64,000 bases of DNA from NCBI GenBank assembly GCA_963771355.1, contig CAVYTA010000006.1, forward strand, positions 224,001 through 288,000, written 5' to 3'. Shown here one piece after another: positions 21,445 through 31,536 of this stretch (position 1 is the stretch's first letter; each line of letters starts with the position of its first letter). This DNA comes from an uncultured Candidatus Rokubacteria bacterium. GTDB taxonomy: Bacteria; Methylomirabilota; Methylomirabilia; Rokubacteriales; CSP1-6. A program made the translations under genes and the position numbers. Under the pieces are notes generated by a model. The model made no database searches. It had not been told where the DNA came from and saw only the letters and a list, made by a program, of their open reading frames with translations.

Positions 21445-22545
21445 ATGAGCACTCGTCGGGATTTCCTTCAGACCACCACCGGCGCCCTCGCCGGGCTCGC
21501 CTTCGTCGGGTGCGACCTGCTGCGCGCCGCGCCCGCGCGGGCGCAGGCCAGGCGCCGCGAGGTCGTCGTCAACGGCACGCGCGTCAAGACGGTGGATGTG
21601 CACGCGCATTGCGCGGTGCCCGAGGCGCTCGCGCTCATGAACCAGAAGCTCGCCGGCCCTGGCCTCCGGACCGACCTCGACATGGCGACCGAGGTCTCGC
21701 TGCGGCTGCGGACCATGGACGAGCAGGGGATCGACATCGAGGCGCTCAGCATCAACCCGAACTGGTACAAGGCGGATCGCGACCTGGCCAAGCAGATCAT
21801 CAGCATCCAGAACGAGAAGCTGGCGGCGGCGTGCGCCGCCAACCCGGACCGCTTCGTCGCCTTCGCCACGGTGGCGCTGCAGCATCCGGAGCTCGCCGCC
21901 GAGCAGCTCGAGGAAGGGGTCAAGAAGTACGGGCTTCGCGGGGCCGCCATCGGGGGGAATGTCAACGGGATGGAGATCAGCGACCCGAAGTTCCACCCGT
22001 TCTGGGCTAAGGCCGAGCAGCTCGGCGTGGTGGTATTCATCCATCCGCAGGGCGACGGCGCCCCCGCCCAGCTCGATCAGCGCTTCAAGGGCAACGGCTA
22101 TCTCGGCAACGTGATCGGCAATCCGCTCGAGACCACCATCGCGCTCTCGCATCTGATCTTCGAGGGCACGCTCGACCGGTTCCCGGGCCTCAAGATCTGC
22201 GCCGCCCATGCGGGGGGCTTCCTGCCGTCGTACTCGGGCCGGTCCGACTTCGGGTGTCCGACCCGGCCCGATCTCTGCCCGGGCGGGACGCACGGACCCA
22301 TCAAGAAGCGGCCGTCGGAATACCTCAAGCAGCTCTACTTCGACACCATGGTCTTCAACACGGAAGGCGTGCGTCACCTCGCCGCGGAGGTGGGCGTAGA
22401 CCGCCTGGTGGTCGGCACCGACTATCCCTATCCCTGGACGAAGACCGCGGTGGACCTGATCCTCCAGACGCCGGGGCTGAGCGACGCCGACAAGGCGGCC
22501 ATCCTGGGCGGCACCGCCGCCCGGCTGCTGGGGATCAAGAGCTAG
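21445..22545 (+). CDS. Tat-exported Amidohydrolase_2 family protein
   Basis: TRRDFLQ...ARA signal; VDVHAH, FIHP, GTDYPYPW; paralog of 2249-3286. Confidence 0.88.
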   Translation: MSTRRDFLQTTTGALAGLAFVGCDLLRAAPARAQARRREVVVNGTRVKTVDVHAHCAVPEALALMNQKLAGPGLRTDLDMATEVSLRLRTMDEQGIDIEALSINPNWYKADRDLAKQIISIQNEKLAAACAANPDRFVAFATVALQHPELAAEQLEEGVKKYGLRGAAIGGNVNGMEISDPKFHPFWAKAEQLGVVVFIHPQGDGAPAQLDQRFKGNGYLGNVIGNPLETTIALSHLIFEGTLDRFPGLKICAAHAGGFLPSYSGRSDFGCPTRPDLCPGGTHGPIKKRPSEYLKQLYFDTMVFNTEGVRHLAAEVGVDRLVVGTDYPYPWTKTAVDLILQTPGLSDADKAAILGGTAARLLGIKS

Positions 22546-22548
22546 CGG

Positions 22549-22983
22549 CTAGAGCGTCTTCACAACCTCGGCCGGCCATGCCCGGGCGTCGACGCGGGCG
22601 TGCCACTCCTTGATCTTGCCGTCCCGGTCGATCACCACGCCCACGCGCTGGGCGCCCTTCTGCGGGTCCGTGTTGGCGCCGTAGGCGGTGCCGATGTTGC
22701 GGTCGGTGTCGCAGATGAGCGGGAAGTTGAAGTGGTACTTCTCGGCGAACGCCTTGTTCTCGGCAGGGGTGTCGAACGACACCCCGAGGATCACGGCGCC
22801 CTTCTTGTCGTAGTCGGCCTTGAGGTCGCGGAACCCGCAACCCTCCGCCGTTCAGCCGGGGGTGTCGGCCTTGGGGAAGAACCACAGCACGATCGCCTTG
22901 CCCTTGAAGTCCGACAGCTTCACGGGGTTGCCGTTGTGGTCGCGGCCGGTGAAGTCGGGGGCCTTGTCGCCTGCCTTCAGCAT
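22549..22983 (-). CDS. bcp: BCP/PrxQ peroxiredoxin; predicted selenoprotein (TGA=Sec at 22852-22854, U44 of 144 aa)
   Basis: GGAGG RBS; MLKAGDKAPDF...FFPKADTPG-TGA-TAEGCGFRD...ILGVSFD...; the TGA is at the peroxidatic Cys of the PxxxTxxC motif; hairpin follows. Confidence 0.92.
22822..22845 (-). promoter_or_regulatory. Candidate bacterial SECIS element (peroxiredoxin)
   Basis: GAGGGTTGCGGGTTCCGCGACCTC from +7 of the UGA; stem GTTGCG/CGCGAC plus GAG/CTC, apex GGTTC. Confidence 0.75.
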
Positions 22984-22999
22984 ATGTCCTCCGCTGGTG

Positions 23000-23821
23000 T
23001 CACTGGTTCTGGGTTTCGAGCAGGGCCGCGAGCGCTCGGTAGGCGCGACGGGCGCGCTCGGCGGCGGGAAGATCGGCGGTGGCCCGGGACGGCGCCTCCA
23101 CCGCGAGCGGCAAGTCCGGGGGCAGCGCGGCCACGAGATCGCGCAGGGGCAGAACGCCCTCGCCCGGAAGTAGCCGCCCCGTTCGCGCCTCGCGGATGAG
23201 CGCGGGCGAGTCGGTGGGGCCGGGCATGTCCGCGGACGCGTCGCAGATCTGCGCATAGGGAAACAGCGACGGGTCCACACCGGCGATATGCGCCGGCAGC
23301 CCTCCGGATCGGCTGAAGTGGAGCGCGTCCACCACGACCGAGGCGTTCGCGCGGTTCGCGCGGCCCACCATCTGGACGGCGTGGGCGAGCGTGGGGACTC
23401 CGGTGTAGACGGCGAACTCCAGCCCGACCCGAAGCCCGTACCGGGCCGCCCGGTCGCAGAGATCACCGAAGCGCTCGAGGGTGCGGGCCTCGTCCGGCTC
23501 GGCGCTCATGACGAGGACATGCCGCGCGCCCAGGCGCGCCGAGACTTCGAGAAAGCCCTCCGGGATACCCACCGGCCGGTCGGGCTCGAAGCGCAGAAAT
23601 TCCGTGTCGAGCACGGTGATCCCGGTGTCCTTGAGGCGCGCGAGCGTGTCCCGCAGCAGGGGCCCCTCGCTCAGGATGTCATAGGGAGGGACGCCCACGC
23701 TCGGCGGAGCGGTGAGCCGGATTCCGACCGCGTGGAAACCCGCCGCCGCCGCCACCGACACCAGCTCGGGCGGTGTCGTGTCCAGCACGGTCAGGTGAGC
23801 CAGCGAGAGCTGACGAGGCAT
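23000..23821 (-). CDS. Sugar phosphate isomerase/epimerase (xylose isomerase-like TIM barrel)
   Basis: LSLAHLT, GLEF, VVDALHFSRSGG, QICDA, RLLPGEGVLPL. Confidence 0.85.
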   Translation of the reverse strand: MPRQLSLAHLTVLDTTPPELVSVAAAAGFHAVGIRLTAPPSVGVPPYDILSEGPLLRDTLARLKDTGITVLDTEFLRFEPDRPVGIPEGFLEVSARLGARHVLVMSAEPDEARTLERFGDLCDRAARYGLRVGLEFAVYTGVPTLAHAVQMVGRANRANASVVVDALHFSRSGGLPAHIAGVDPSLFPYAQICDASADMPGPTDSPALIREARTGRLLPGEGVLPLRDLVAALPPDLPLAVEAPSRATADLPAAERARRAYRALAALLETQNQ

Positions 23822-23837
23822 GGGGGAGACGAGGGGG

Positions 23838-25184
23838 TCAGCCCAGCAGCAGCTCGCAGGTATCCAGCCAGACCTGGGTGGTGAGGGCGAGCGATTCCAC
23901 GTCGACGCGCTCGTCGTTCCCGTGGAAGCGCCCGGCCATCGCCTCGGCGGTGAGGGCCCGCGAGAAGAGCCCGAAGCCATACGCGACGGCGCCCCGGTCG
24001 CGGAAATACGGCGCGTCGGTGAACCCCACGATCATCCGCGGCAGGAGGCTGGCCCCCGGATAGTGGGCGTCCACCACCCGGCGGAGCACGTCCCAGAGCG
24101 GCGTGCCGGTGGGCGACATCGAGGACGGCTTGGAGAAGAGCGTCTCCACCTCTACTTGCTCGGAGAGGTCGCCGAGGGCCTTGTCGAGATGGCGACGCAC
24201 CTCGTCCGCGTCGTCCCCCGGGATGGTGCGGATGTCCACCTCGATGTCCACCGCGTCGGGGATGATATTGGTCTTCGCGCCCGCGCTGCACATGTTCGGC
24301 GAAAACGTGGTGTGCGTGGCCGACCAGAGATACCGGGCCAGGGCGGGAGGCAGGCCGGCGATGGCGTCGTCCACCTGGGCCGGATCCAGCAGCGCCGCCT
24401 TCACCGCGGGCGGGAGCGTGAGCGAGTTGACGAAGCCCGCCCAGATCTCGTCCACGTACGGGGACGGCCGGTACTCCGCCAGGCGGCTGACCACGTGCGC
24501 GGCCTTCACCAGCGCGTTGTCCGCGCCATAGGGCATGGAGCCGTGCCCGGGCGTGCCCTTCACCTTGAGCCGGCGCCAGGCCACGCCCTTCTCGCCCACG
24601 TGGACGGTGACGCTCAGCGCGTCGCCGTGGGCGCTGACGGTGCCGCCGTTCTCCGTGAGGAGATAGTCCGCGTCGAGCGCGTCCCAGTGGCGCTCGCAGA
24701 CATGCCCGGCGCCGAGGGTGCCGCCCGCCTCCTCGTCGGCGCAGGCGAGGTAGACCAGGGTGCCCTTGGGCCGCCAGCCGCGCCGTGCCAGCGCCTTGAG
24801 CGCCACCGCCTGCGAGGCGGTGAGGTTGAGCATGTCCAGCGCGCCGCGCCCCCAGACCTCGCCGTTCACGAGCTCGCCCCCGAAGGGATCACGGGTCCAG
24901 GTCTTGAGATTCACGGGCACCACGTCGGTATGGCCCATCAGGCAGAGAGTGGGCGCATTCGGGTCGGTCCCCTCGATGCGGGCCACGAGGCTGGCGCGGC
25001 CCGGCGCGCCGTCGGGCTCGTAGACCTCGACGTCGAGCCCGCTGCCCTGGAGATAGGTCCGCAGGACGTCGGTGGTGCGCACCTCCTGACCCGAGGCCAC
25101 GGTGCCGTCGTTCACGCACTGGTTCCGGATGAGCTGCTGGAGCAGCTCCACGGTCTGATTGGTCAGGGCATTATCCACCGGCAT
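23838..25184 (-). CDS. M20 family metallopeptidase/deacylase
   Basis: GHTDVVP, GRGALDM, ADEEAGG, PGHGS, HGNDE. Confidence 0.92.
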   Translation of the reverse strand: MPVDNALTNQTVELLQQLIRNQCVNDGTVASGQEVRTTDVLRTYLQGSGLDVEVYEPDGAPGRASLVARIEGTDPNAPTLCLMGHTDVVPVNLKTWTRDPFGGELVNGEVWGRGALDMLNLTASQAVALKALARRGWRPKGTLVYLACADEEAGGTLGAGHVCERHWDALDADYLLTENGGTVSAHGDALSVTVHVGEKGVAWRRLKVKGTPGHGSMPYGADNALVKAAHVVSRLAEYRPSPYVDEIWAGFVNSLTLPPAVKAALLDPAQVDDAIAGLPPALARYLWSATHTTFSPNMCSAGAKTNIIPDAVDIEVDIRTIPGDDADEVRRHLDKALGDLSEQVEVETLFSKPSSMSPTGTPLWDVLRRVVDAHYPGASLLPRMIVGFTDAPYFRDRGAVAYGFGLFSRALTAEAMAGRFHGNDERVDVESLALTTQVWLDTCELLLG

Positions 25185-25231
25185 CGGTATCCTCCCCGGG
25201 CGACACAATAACACTGTTAGAATCCCCACCC

Positions 25232-26119
25232 ATGAGAGTCATCGACATGGAATGCACCCTGCCGAAGCGCGATCCGGGTGAGGGCGAAGCGCCGGCACCG
25301 GGCGTCGCCCCTTCCACCCCGGCGGCCGAGGACGCGCCGGCCGGTTACGGCATGGCCAACTACGGCCGCATCTTTCGCTCGCGCGCGGCCGGCGGCGATG
25401 CTCGGCCGGCGGCGGAGCTCGCCGAATACGTGGCCAAGCTCGAGAAGCTCGGCATCGTCCGCTCGGTGCCCTTCGGCGTCTCCAACGACGAGGTGGCCGC
25501 GCTGCTGCGCGATTTTCCCGGCCGCTTCATCGGTCTGGCCCGGATCAGCGGCTTCCTGGGCATGCGCGGGGTCCGCGAGCTGGAGCGGCGGGTAAAGGAG
25601 GAGGGCTTCCAGGCGCTGGGGGTCTCGGCGCTGGTGGACGGGATCCCCGCCAGCGACCGGCGCTTCTATCCGCTCTACACCAAGGCCGCCGAGCTGAACA
25701 TTCCGGTGCGCATCTACTCGTCCATGAACTACGCGAACGACCGGCCCTACGATCTCGGCCACCCGCGCCACCTCGACCAGGTGGCCATCGACTTCCCCGA
25801 GCTCACCCTCATCGGCGGGCTCGGCGGCTGGCCCTGGGTCAACGAGATGGTCGCCCTCGTCCGGCGCCACCCGAAGCTGCACCTCGACACCTCCGCGCAT
25901 CGGGGGAAGTATCTCGGCCAGCGCGGCTCCGGCTGGGAGATGCTGATGCAGTTCGGCAATACCCTCATCCAGGACAAGGTCCTGGTCGGGCTCTCGTCGG
26001 GCCTCGTGGGCCAGCCGTACGAGACGCTGATCCAGGAGTACCTGGAGCTTCCGCTCAAGGACACTGTCAAGGAGAAGTGGCTCTATAGCAATGCCGCGCG
26101 GGTGTTCGGGATCGGCTGA
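25232..26119 (+). CDS. Amidohydrolase_2-like protein
   Basis: FYPLYTKAAELNIPV, DFPEL...GGWPW, NAARVF; usual metal-ligand His positions look altered. Confidence 0.78.
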   Translation: MRVIDMECTLPKRDPGEGEAPAPGVAPSTPAAEDAPAGYGMANYGRIFRSRAAGGDARPAAELAEYVAKLEKLGIVRSVPFGVSNDEVAALLRDFPGRFIGLARISGFLGMRGVRELERRVKEEGFQALGVSALVDGIPASDRRFYPLYTKAAELNIPVRIYSSMNYANDRPYDLGHPRHLDQVAIDFPELTLIGGLGGWPWVNEMVALVRRHPKLHLDTSAHRGKYLGQRGSGWEMLMQFGNTLIQDKVLVGLSSGLVGQPYETLIQEYLELPLKDTVKEKWLYSNAARVFGIG

Positions 26120-26151
26120 GCCGTTCCGGGCCCGAGCAGGAGGAGATTCCC

Positions 26152-27021
26152 ATGCTAGAGCGGAAGGTCGGCGACATCGTGATCACGCGCGTCATCGAGT
26201 CCGAGCGTCCGGACTTCGACGCCGGGCAGTTCTTCCCCAGCATCACCCCGGAGCAGTGGGCGCCCTACCGCCAGCGTTTGGCCGGCTGGGCCATGGACCT
26301 GGCCTCCAACGGCCTGGTCTTCCCCATGCAGTCCTTCCTGGTGCGCACCGCCCACCACACCATCGTGGTGGACACCTGCGTGGGCGATCACAAGAAGCGG
26401 GTCCGGCCCAACTGGAACATGACCTCCGGCGGCGAGTTCCTCAAGCGGTTTGCCGAGACCGGCGTGCGACCGGAGCAGGTGGACTACGTGATGTGCACCC
26501 ACATGCACACGGACCACGTGGGCTGGAACACGCGCTGGGATAACGGCCGGTGGGTGCCGACCTTTCCCAACGCGAAGTACATCATGTCCGAGAAGGAGCT
26601 GGCCTACTGGACCAAGCTAAACCAGGAGACGCCCCAGAACCAGATCGAGGACAGCGTCCTCCCCATCGTCGAGCAGGGGCGCGCCCAGCTGGTGAAGAAC
26701 GACTTCGCCATCGGCGACGAGGTCCGCTTCGAGTCCACCGCGGGGCATACGCCCGATCACATGAGCGTGCACATCAGCTCCCGGGGCGCGGAGGCGGTGA
26801 TCACCGGCGACCTCATCCACTCCCCGGTGCAGTGCCTGGAGACCGAGTGGGTGCCGCGCCCGGACTACGATCCGCCGCAGGCGGCGGCCACGCGGCGCGC
26901 CTTCCTCGAGCGCTACTGCGAGCGCGACGTGCTGGTCTGCGCCTCGCACTTCCCCTCGCCCTCCTTCGGCCGCGTGGTCCGCGAGGGTAACGGCTTCTGG
27001 TTCGAGTACGCGAAGGCGTAG
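26152..27021 (+). CDS. Metallo-beta-lactamase-fold hydrolase
   Basis: THMHTDHVGWN (HxHxDH), GHTPDH, GDLIH. Confidence 0.9.
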   Translation: MLERKVGDIVITRVIESERPDFDAGQFFPSITPEQWAPYRQRLAGWAMDLASNGLVFPMQSFLVRTAHHTIVVDTCVGDHKKRVRPNWNMTSGGEFLKRFAETGVRPEQVDYVMCTHMHTDHVGWNTRWDNGRWVPTFPNAKYIMSEKELAYWTKLNQETPQNQIEDSVLPIVEQGRAQLVKNDFAIGDEVRFESTAGHTPDHMSVHISSRGAEAVITGDLIHSPVQCLETEWVPRPDYDPPQAAATRRAFLERYCERDVLVCASHFPSPSFGRVVREGNGFWFEYAKA

Positions 27022-27069
27022 AGGACGAGGCGGGCCATGGACCTCGGGCTGCAGGAAGGCGATCGTCAG

Positions 27070-28035
27070 CCGCGCGGCAGCCTGGGCATCGGCGAGGGCC
27101 ATGCGCGCACGGGAGCTGGCTCGCGACAGGCGCGGACGTGGCGATCGTGTCGCGCCCCAAGGACATGCTGGAAGAGAAGGCCCGCGGCCGGCGAGCGGCC
27201 CCGGCCGCCGGAACGCGAGCGTCCCGTCGGCCCTCGGCCGACGTGACCAGCCGTCCCACGTGCACCGCATGGTGATGCAGGCGACAGAGCAGCGCGAGAT
27301 TCGAGAGCGTCGTCGGGCCGCCCTGCGCCCAGTGGTGGAGATGGTGCCCCTCGGCGATGCGAACACCGCAACCCGGGAACCGACAGCCCCGGTCCCGATG
27401 GTGTAGGGCCCGGCGCAGGGCGGGCGGAATGGTCCGGGTCCGCGCGCCGATCGCCACGACATGCCCGTCTCTTCCCATGGCGCATCACTGTGCGGTTCGC
27501 TTCACTGGTCAGACTCCGCCACGTTCCGCGGAACGTGCGCGCCGTCCCCAGCGCCGTCGCGGCTGCCCCGGTCGGCAGAACCTGGCGTCGACAAGGATTC
27601 CACCACCTGATATCGTACGTGGGGCACCCGGTCGAGCGCGTGATGCAGCGCCGTCTCCGTCATGAAGGAGCAGCGCTCGGCGCCGCTCATCATCGTCGGC
27701 GGGCTCACCGCCGGCACTGCCGCATCTGCGGCGGCGGCCTGCCGCACTCGTGGCTGCAGCACGTCAAGACCCTGGCCGTCCAGCGCGGCCGAGGAGCGCG
27801 CCACTTCGGCATCGAGCGGTCCCCGAACTACGAGCATGCCGGCATCGCCCGCAGACCTGGAGCGCCGCGGCCTTCTCGCCGCGCGCGCCACGGCGCTGGG
27901 CGCATCGACCTGCCGCCAGACGTGGAGGAGGCGCTCGACATGCGCAGTCGTCCCCGCGGCCCCATCCGCGATCGAGGCGGGCCACCGATCGCCGGTGTGG
28001 CGCCGCGTTGCTCGCACCGACAAGGCGTGGGCCAT
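27070..28035 (-). pseudogene. Degraded DUF222/HNH endonuclease gene
   Basis: RTIPPALRRALHHRDRGCRFPGC...GHHLHHWAQGGPTTLSNLALLCRLHHHAVH, plus upstream fragments in other frames; limits approximate. Confidence 0.75.
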
Positions 28036-28138
28036 CGCGGGCGAGGGCTGATCAGCCGCGGCAGCGCCGGAGGGCGCGTGCTACAAGGACGATGGCGGCG
28101 CTCTTCTCGAACGCCCTCGCCAGGCGAGCCACTCGGCG

Positions 28139-28415
28139 GTGGAGCGGGCGCCCGTGCCGCTCCTCGCGTCGTACACGCGGATCGGCCGACGGCGCGCGGT
28201 GCTCGACATGGGGTGCGGGACGGGTTCCCTCGCCCGGACCCTGGCGAGCATGACGCGTCGGTCCGAGATCGTCGGGATCGATCCGGTGGCGCCCTTCGTG
28301 GAGTACGCCCGCAGCCAGGTGAAGGACCCTCGGGTCTCGTTCGAGGTGGGCGACGCGCAGGCCTTGCCCTATCCGCCGGCATCGTTCGACTGCGCGCTGT
28401 CGCTCCTCGTCTTCC
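28139..28415 (+). pseudogene. Truncated class I SAM-dependent methyltransferase
   Basis: VLDMGCGTGS, GIDP, VGDAQALPYPPASFD; similarity then lost; no clear start. Confidence 0.7.
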
Positions 28416-28469
28416 GACGTTTCCGGACGCCAGGCAAGCGCGGCCACGTGAGGGGAAGACGTTCGGTTC

Positions 28470-29243
28470 GAGACGCGAATGCGGAGGGCAAGTCGACCGC
28501 CTCCCGGCGCTCGCCGCCGAGCTGGAGTCGGCGAAAGTCGACTCATCGTCGCGGGAGGTCCTGCGGCCGCTCGAGCGGCCAAGGCGGCGACGAAGAGAGC
28601 CCGAGCGTGAACGCGTGGTGGGGAGGCCCTGACCTCGGCGAGTCCGGCGTGGTCGCCAGCTTCCGCGCCCGGGCGGAAACATCACCGGGGTCCACATGCT
28701 GTCAGGATCCTCGACGAGAAACGGCTCGAGCTTCTGCTCCAGGCCGTTCCCGCAGCGAGAAGGGGGTGCTGACATGAGGGCACGCAGGGCGAACCTATCT
28801 GGTCGCGATCGCGGAAGAGCGCCACCGCGCTCGCGGTGCAGCTGCATATCGTTGACGTCGGTGAGCCCGACGGGTACGAGAGGGCGTTCGACACAATGGT
28901 CCAGAAGGGCGTTCAGGCGCTCTTGGTGGTCGCATCGCCGAAGTTCGATCCGGAACGAAAGCTGATCTTTGCCCTGGCGGCCCGGCGACGAATCCCCACG
29001 ATGTACGGGGCGAGCGCCTTCGCGGCGGAGGGCGGGCTGATGGGCTACGGGCCGACTCGGGCGGAGTTGGATCGCCAGGCGGCAAGCCTTGTCGACAAGA
29101 TCCTCAAGGGCGCGAACCCTGGAGATCTGCCCATCGAACAGCCGACGAAGTTCGAGCTCGGCATCAATCTCAAGGCTGCGCGGGCCCTTGGTCTCACCAT
29201 CCCTCAATCGCTGTTGTCGCGAGCCGATCAGGTCATCGAGTGA
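28470..29243 (+). pseudogene. Fragmented ABC substrate-binding (ABC_sub_bind) gene
   Basis: DRLPALAAEL fragment near 28490; intact C-terminus GGLMGYGP...KILKGANPGDLPIEQPTKFELGINLKAARALGLTIPQSLLSRADQVIE; middle disrupted. Confidence 0.75.
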
Positions 29244-29263
29244 CACCCCCGGGCGGCACGGGC

Positions 29264-30418
29264 ATGATCACGCGCTTCTCGACCCTCTACGTGGGCCATA
29301 TCGAGCTGGAGCGGTGCGGGCTCGACGGCGTGCCCGCCGATGACCGCCGCTACCCCAACGCGCGGCTGGCCGAATCGTTCGACACCGCGGCGGCGCTGGC
29401 CCAGGCCGCCGACACCCTGGGGTACGAGACCCTCTGGCTGGCCGAGCATCACTTCCAGCACGAGGGGTGGGAGTGCATCCCGAACATCCCGATGCTGGCG
29501 GTGGACCTGGCCCATCGCACCGAGCGGGTGAAGATCGGCTGCGCGTTCAATGTGGTTCCCGCCTGGCATCCGCTCCGCCTCGCCGAGGACTATGCCACCG
29601 CGGACATCCTCACCAAGGGCCGGATCGTGTTCGGCGTGGGCCGGGGTTACCACAGCCGCGAGGTCGAGAGCTTCGGCAATCCGATGCTCGACGCCGAGGC
29701 CAACCGGGAGCTCTTCGAGGAGCAGGTGGAGGTTATCCTGAAGGCGCTCCGCGAGGAGTCGTTCTCGCACCGGGGCAAGCACTACACGATTCCGCCGGAC
29801 GTGCCCTACCGCGGCTATCAGCTGAAGGAAATCACGCTGGTGCCGCGCCCCCTGCGCCAGCCGGTCGAGGTGTGGCAGCCCATCGTGAGCGGCAGCGCGC
29901 GGGGTCTCGAGTTCATGGCGCGGAACGGCATCAAGGGCGTCATCTCCGGCACCGCCGAGGAGCTGGTCCAGCGCTGGGTCCGCGACTATCGCGAGGTGGC
30001 GGGGCGCCACGGCCGGCAACTCCAGCTCGGCGAGGACCTCATCCTCGGCTTCCGGACTTTCCTCGACGACACGACGGAGCGGGCCATCCAGCGCGCGCGC
30101 CCGTACTTCGAGGAGCACGCCAAGGTCATGGCCCCGCTCGGGATGCTGCGCTACAGCGAGGAGCACGCGCGGGCGGTGGTGGCGCGGCAGCCCCAGTCGC
30201 CCACCACCGCGACCCTGGAGGACGGCGTGCGCAATCGGTCCTGGCTCTGTGGGCCGCCGGCGGACATCGTCGCCTATCTCAAGGACGTAGAGCGGCGGTA
30301 CCCGGGGCTGGACCACGTGATGGTGGCCTGGGCGATCGGGACGCCGCGGGACGTGATGGTCGAGCAGCTCACCCGCTTCGCCCACGAGGTCATGCCGGCG
30401 TTCAGGAAGGAGCCGTGA
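29264..30418 (+). CDS. LLM-class flavin-dependent oxidoreductase
   Basis: WLAEHHFQ, HPLRLAEDYA, GVGRGY. Confidence 0.9.
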   Translation: MITRFSTLYVGHIELERCGLDGVPADDRRYPNARLAESFDTAAALAQAADTLGYETLWLAEHHFQHEGWECIPNIPMLAVDLAHRTERVKIGCAFNVVPAWHPLRLAEDYATADILTKGRIVFGVGRGYHSREVESFGNPMLDAEANRELFEEQVEVILKALREESFSHRGKHYTIPPDVPYRGYQLKEITLVPRPLRQPVEVWQPIVSGSARGLEFMARNGIKGVISGTAEELVQRWVRDYREVAGRHGRQLQLGEDLILGFRTFLDDTTERAIQRARPYFEEHAKVMAPLGMLRYSEEHARAVVARQPQSPTTATLEDGVRNRSWLCGPPADIVAYLKDVERRYPGLDHVMVAWAIGTPRDVMVEQLTRFAHEVMPAFRKEP

Positions 30419-31536
30419 TGCTCGAGCGCTTCAAGGTACCCGCGAAGGACCAGGTCTTCGTCGCGGAGGCGGCGCTGCGCCGGACGGTGACCGAGATCTT
30501 CGAGAAGCTGGGCCTCACGCCGGAAGACGCCGCCGAAGGAGCGGACGTCCTCACCATGACGGACCTTCGCGGGGTCGAGACGCACGGCGTGTCGAACATG
30601 CTCCGCGCGTACGTCCGCGACTACCGGGCGGGTAAGCTCGATCCGCGCCCGGGCTGGCGGATCGTCCGCGAGTCGCCCGGTACCGCGGTGATCGACGCGG
30701 AGCGGCGGCTCGGGATCATCCTCGGGCCCCGGGCGATGCGCCTCGCCATGGAAAAGGCCCGGCAGGTGGGCGTCGGCGTCGTGACCGTCTACAACAGCGG
30801 GCACTTCGGGGCGATCGGCCACTACGCCATGCAGGCGGCCCAGGCGGACATGGTCGGCGTCTGCTTCACCGCCGCCGGGCTCAACATGGTGCCCACCTTC
30901 GCGTCGAAGCCGCTGCTCGGCACCAATCCCATCGCGGTGGCCGCCCCCGCGCGCCACGAGGCGCCGCTGCTCTTCGACGCCGCCACCTCCGCGATCGCGG
31001 GCAACAAGATCCGCCTGGCCATCCGGGTGGGCTCGCCGCTTCTGCCGGGCTGGGTCACGGACAAGGAAGGCACGCCCATCATGGAGGAGAAGCCCGTCTT
31101 CGACCGCGACGAGTTCTACCAGGCACCGCTGGGCGGCACGCGCGAGCAGGGCTCGCACAAGGGCTATGGCTTCGCCCTCATGGCCGAAGTGCTCGCCACC
31201 ATGCTGTCCGGCACCGTGCCCACCATGCTCGTGGCCGGCAGCGGCTCCAAGAACCACTTCGCCGCGTACAGCATCGAGGCCTTCACCAGCCTCGAGGACT
31301 TCAAGGCCACCATGGACGAGACGCTGAGGACGCTGCGAACGGCCGAGCCCGCCCCCGGGGAGGAGCGCGTGCTTTATCCCGGGCTTCTGGAGGCGGAAGA
31401 GCTCCGCGAGCGGCGGGCCCACGGTATTCCGCTCCACAAGGAAGTCATCGAATGGTTCGGCGAGTGCACGCGGGAGATGGGGCTCGCGCCGCTCACCTCG
31501 CTGTCATCCGGTGCCACAAGCTCGCGCGCCAGGTGA
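30418..31536 (+). CDS. Ldh_2 family (malate/L-lactate/ureidoglycolate-type) dehydrogenase
   Basis: DLRGVETHG, SGHFGA, GTNPIA, SHKGYG. Confidence 0.9.
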   Translation: MLERFKVPAKDQVFVAEAALRRTVTEIFEKLGLTPEDAAEGADVLTMTDLRGVETHGVSNMLRAYVRDYRAGKLDPRPGWRIVRESPGTAVIDAERRLGIILGPRAMRLAMEKARQVGVGVVTVYNSGHFGAIGHYAMQAAQADMVGVCFTAAGLNMVPTFASKPLLGTNPIAVAAPARHEAPLLFDAATSAIAGNKIRLAIRVGSPLLPGWVTDKEGTPIMEEKPVFDRDEFYQAPLGGTREQGSHKGYGFALMAEVLATMLSGTVPTMLVAGSGSKNHFAAYSIEAFTSLEDFKATMDETLRTLRTAEPAPGEERVLYPGLLEAEELRERRAHGIPLHKEVIEWFGECTREMGLAPLTSLSSGATSSRAR

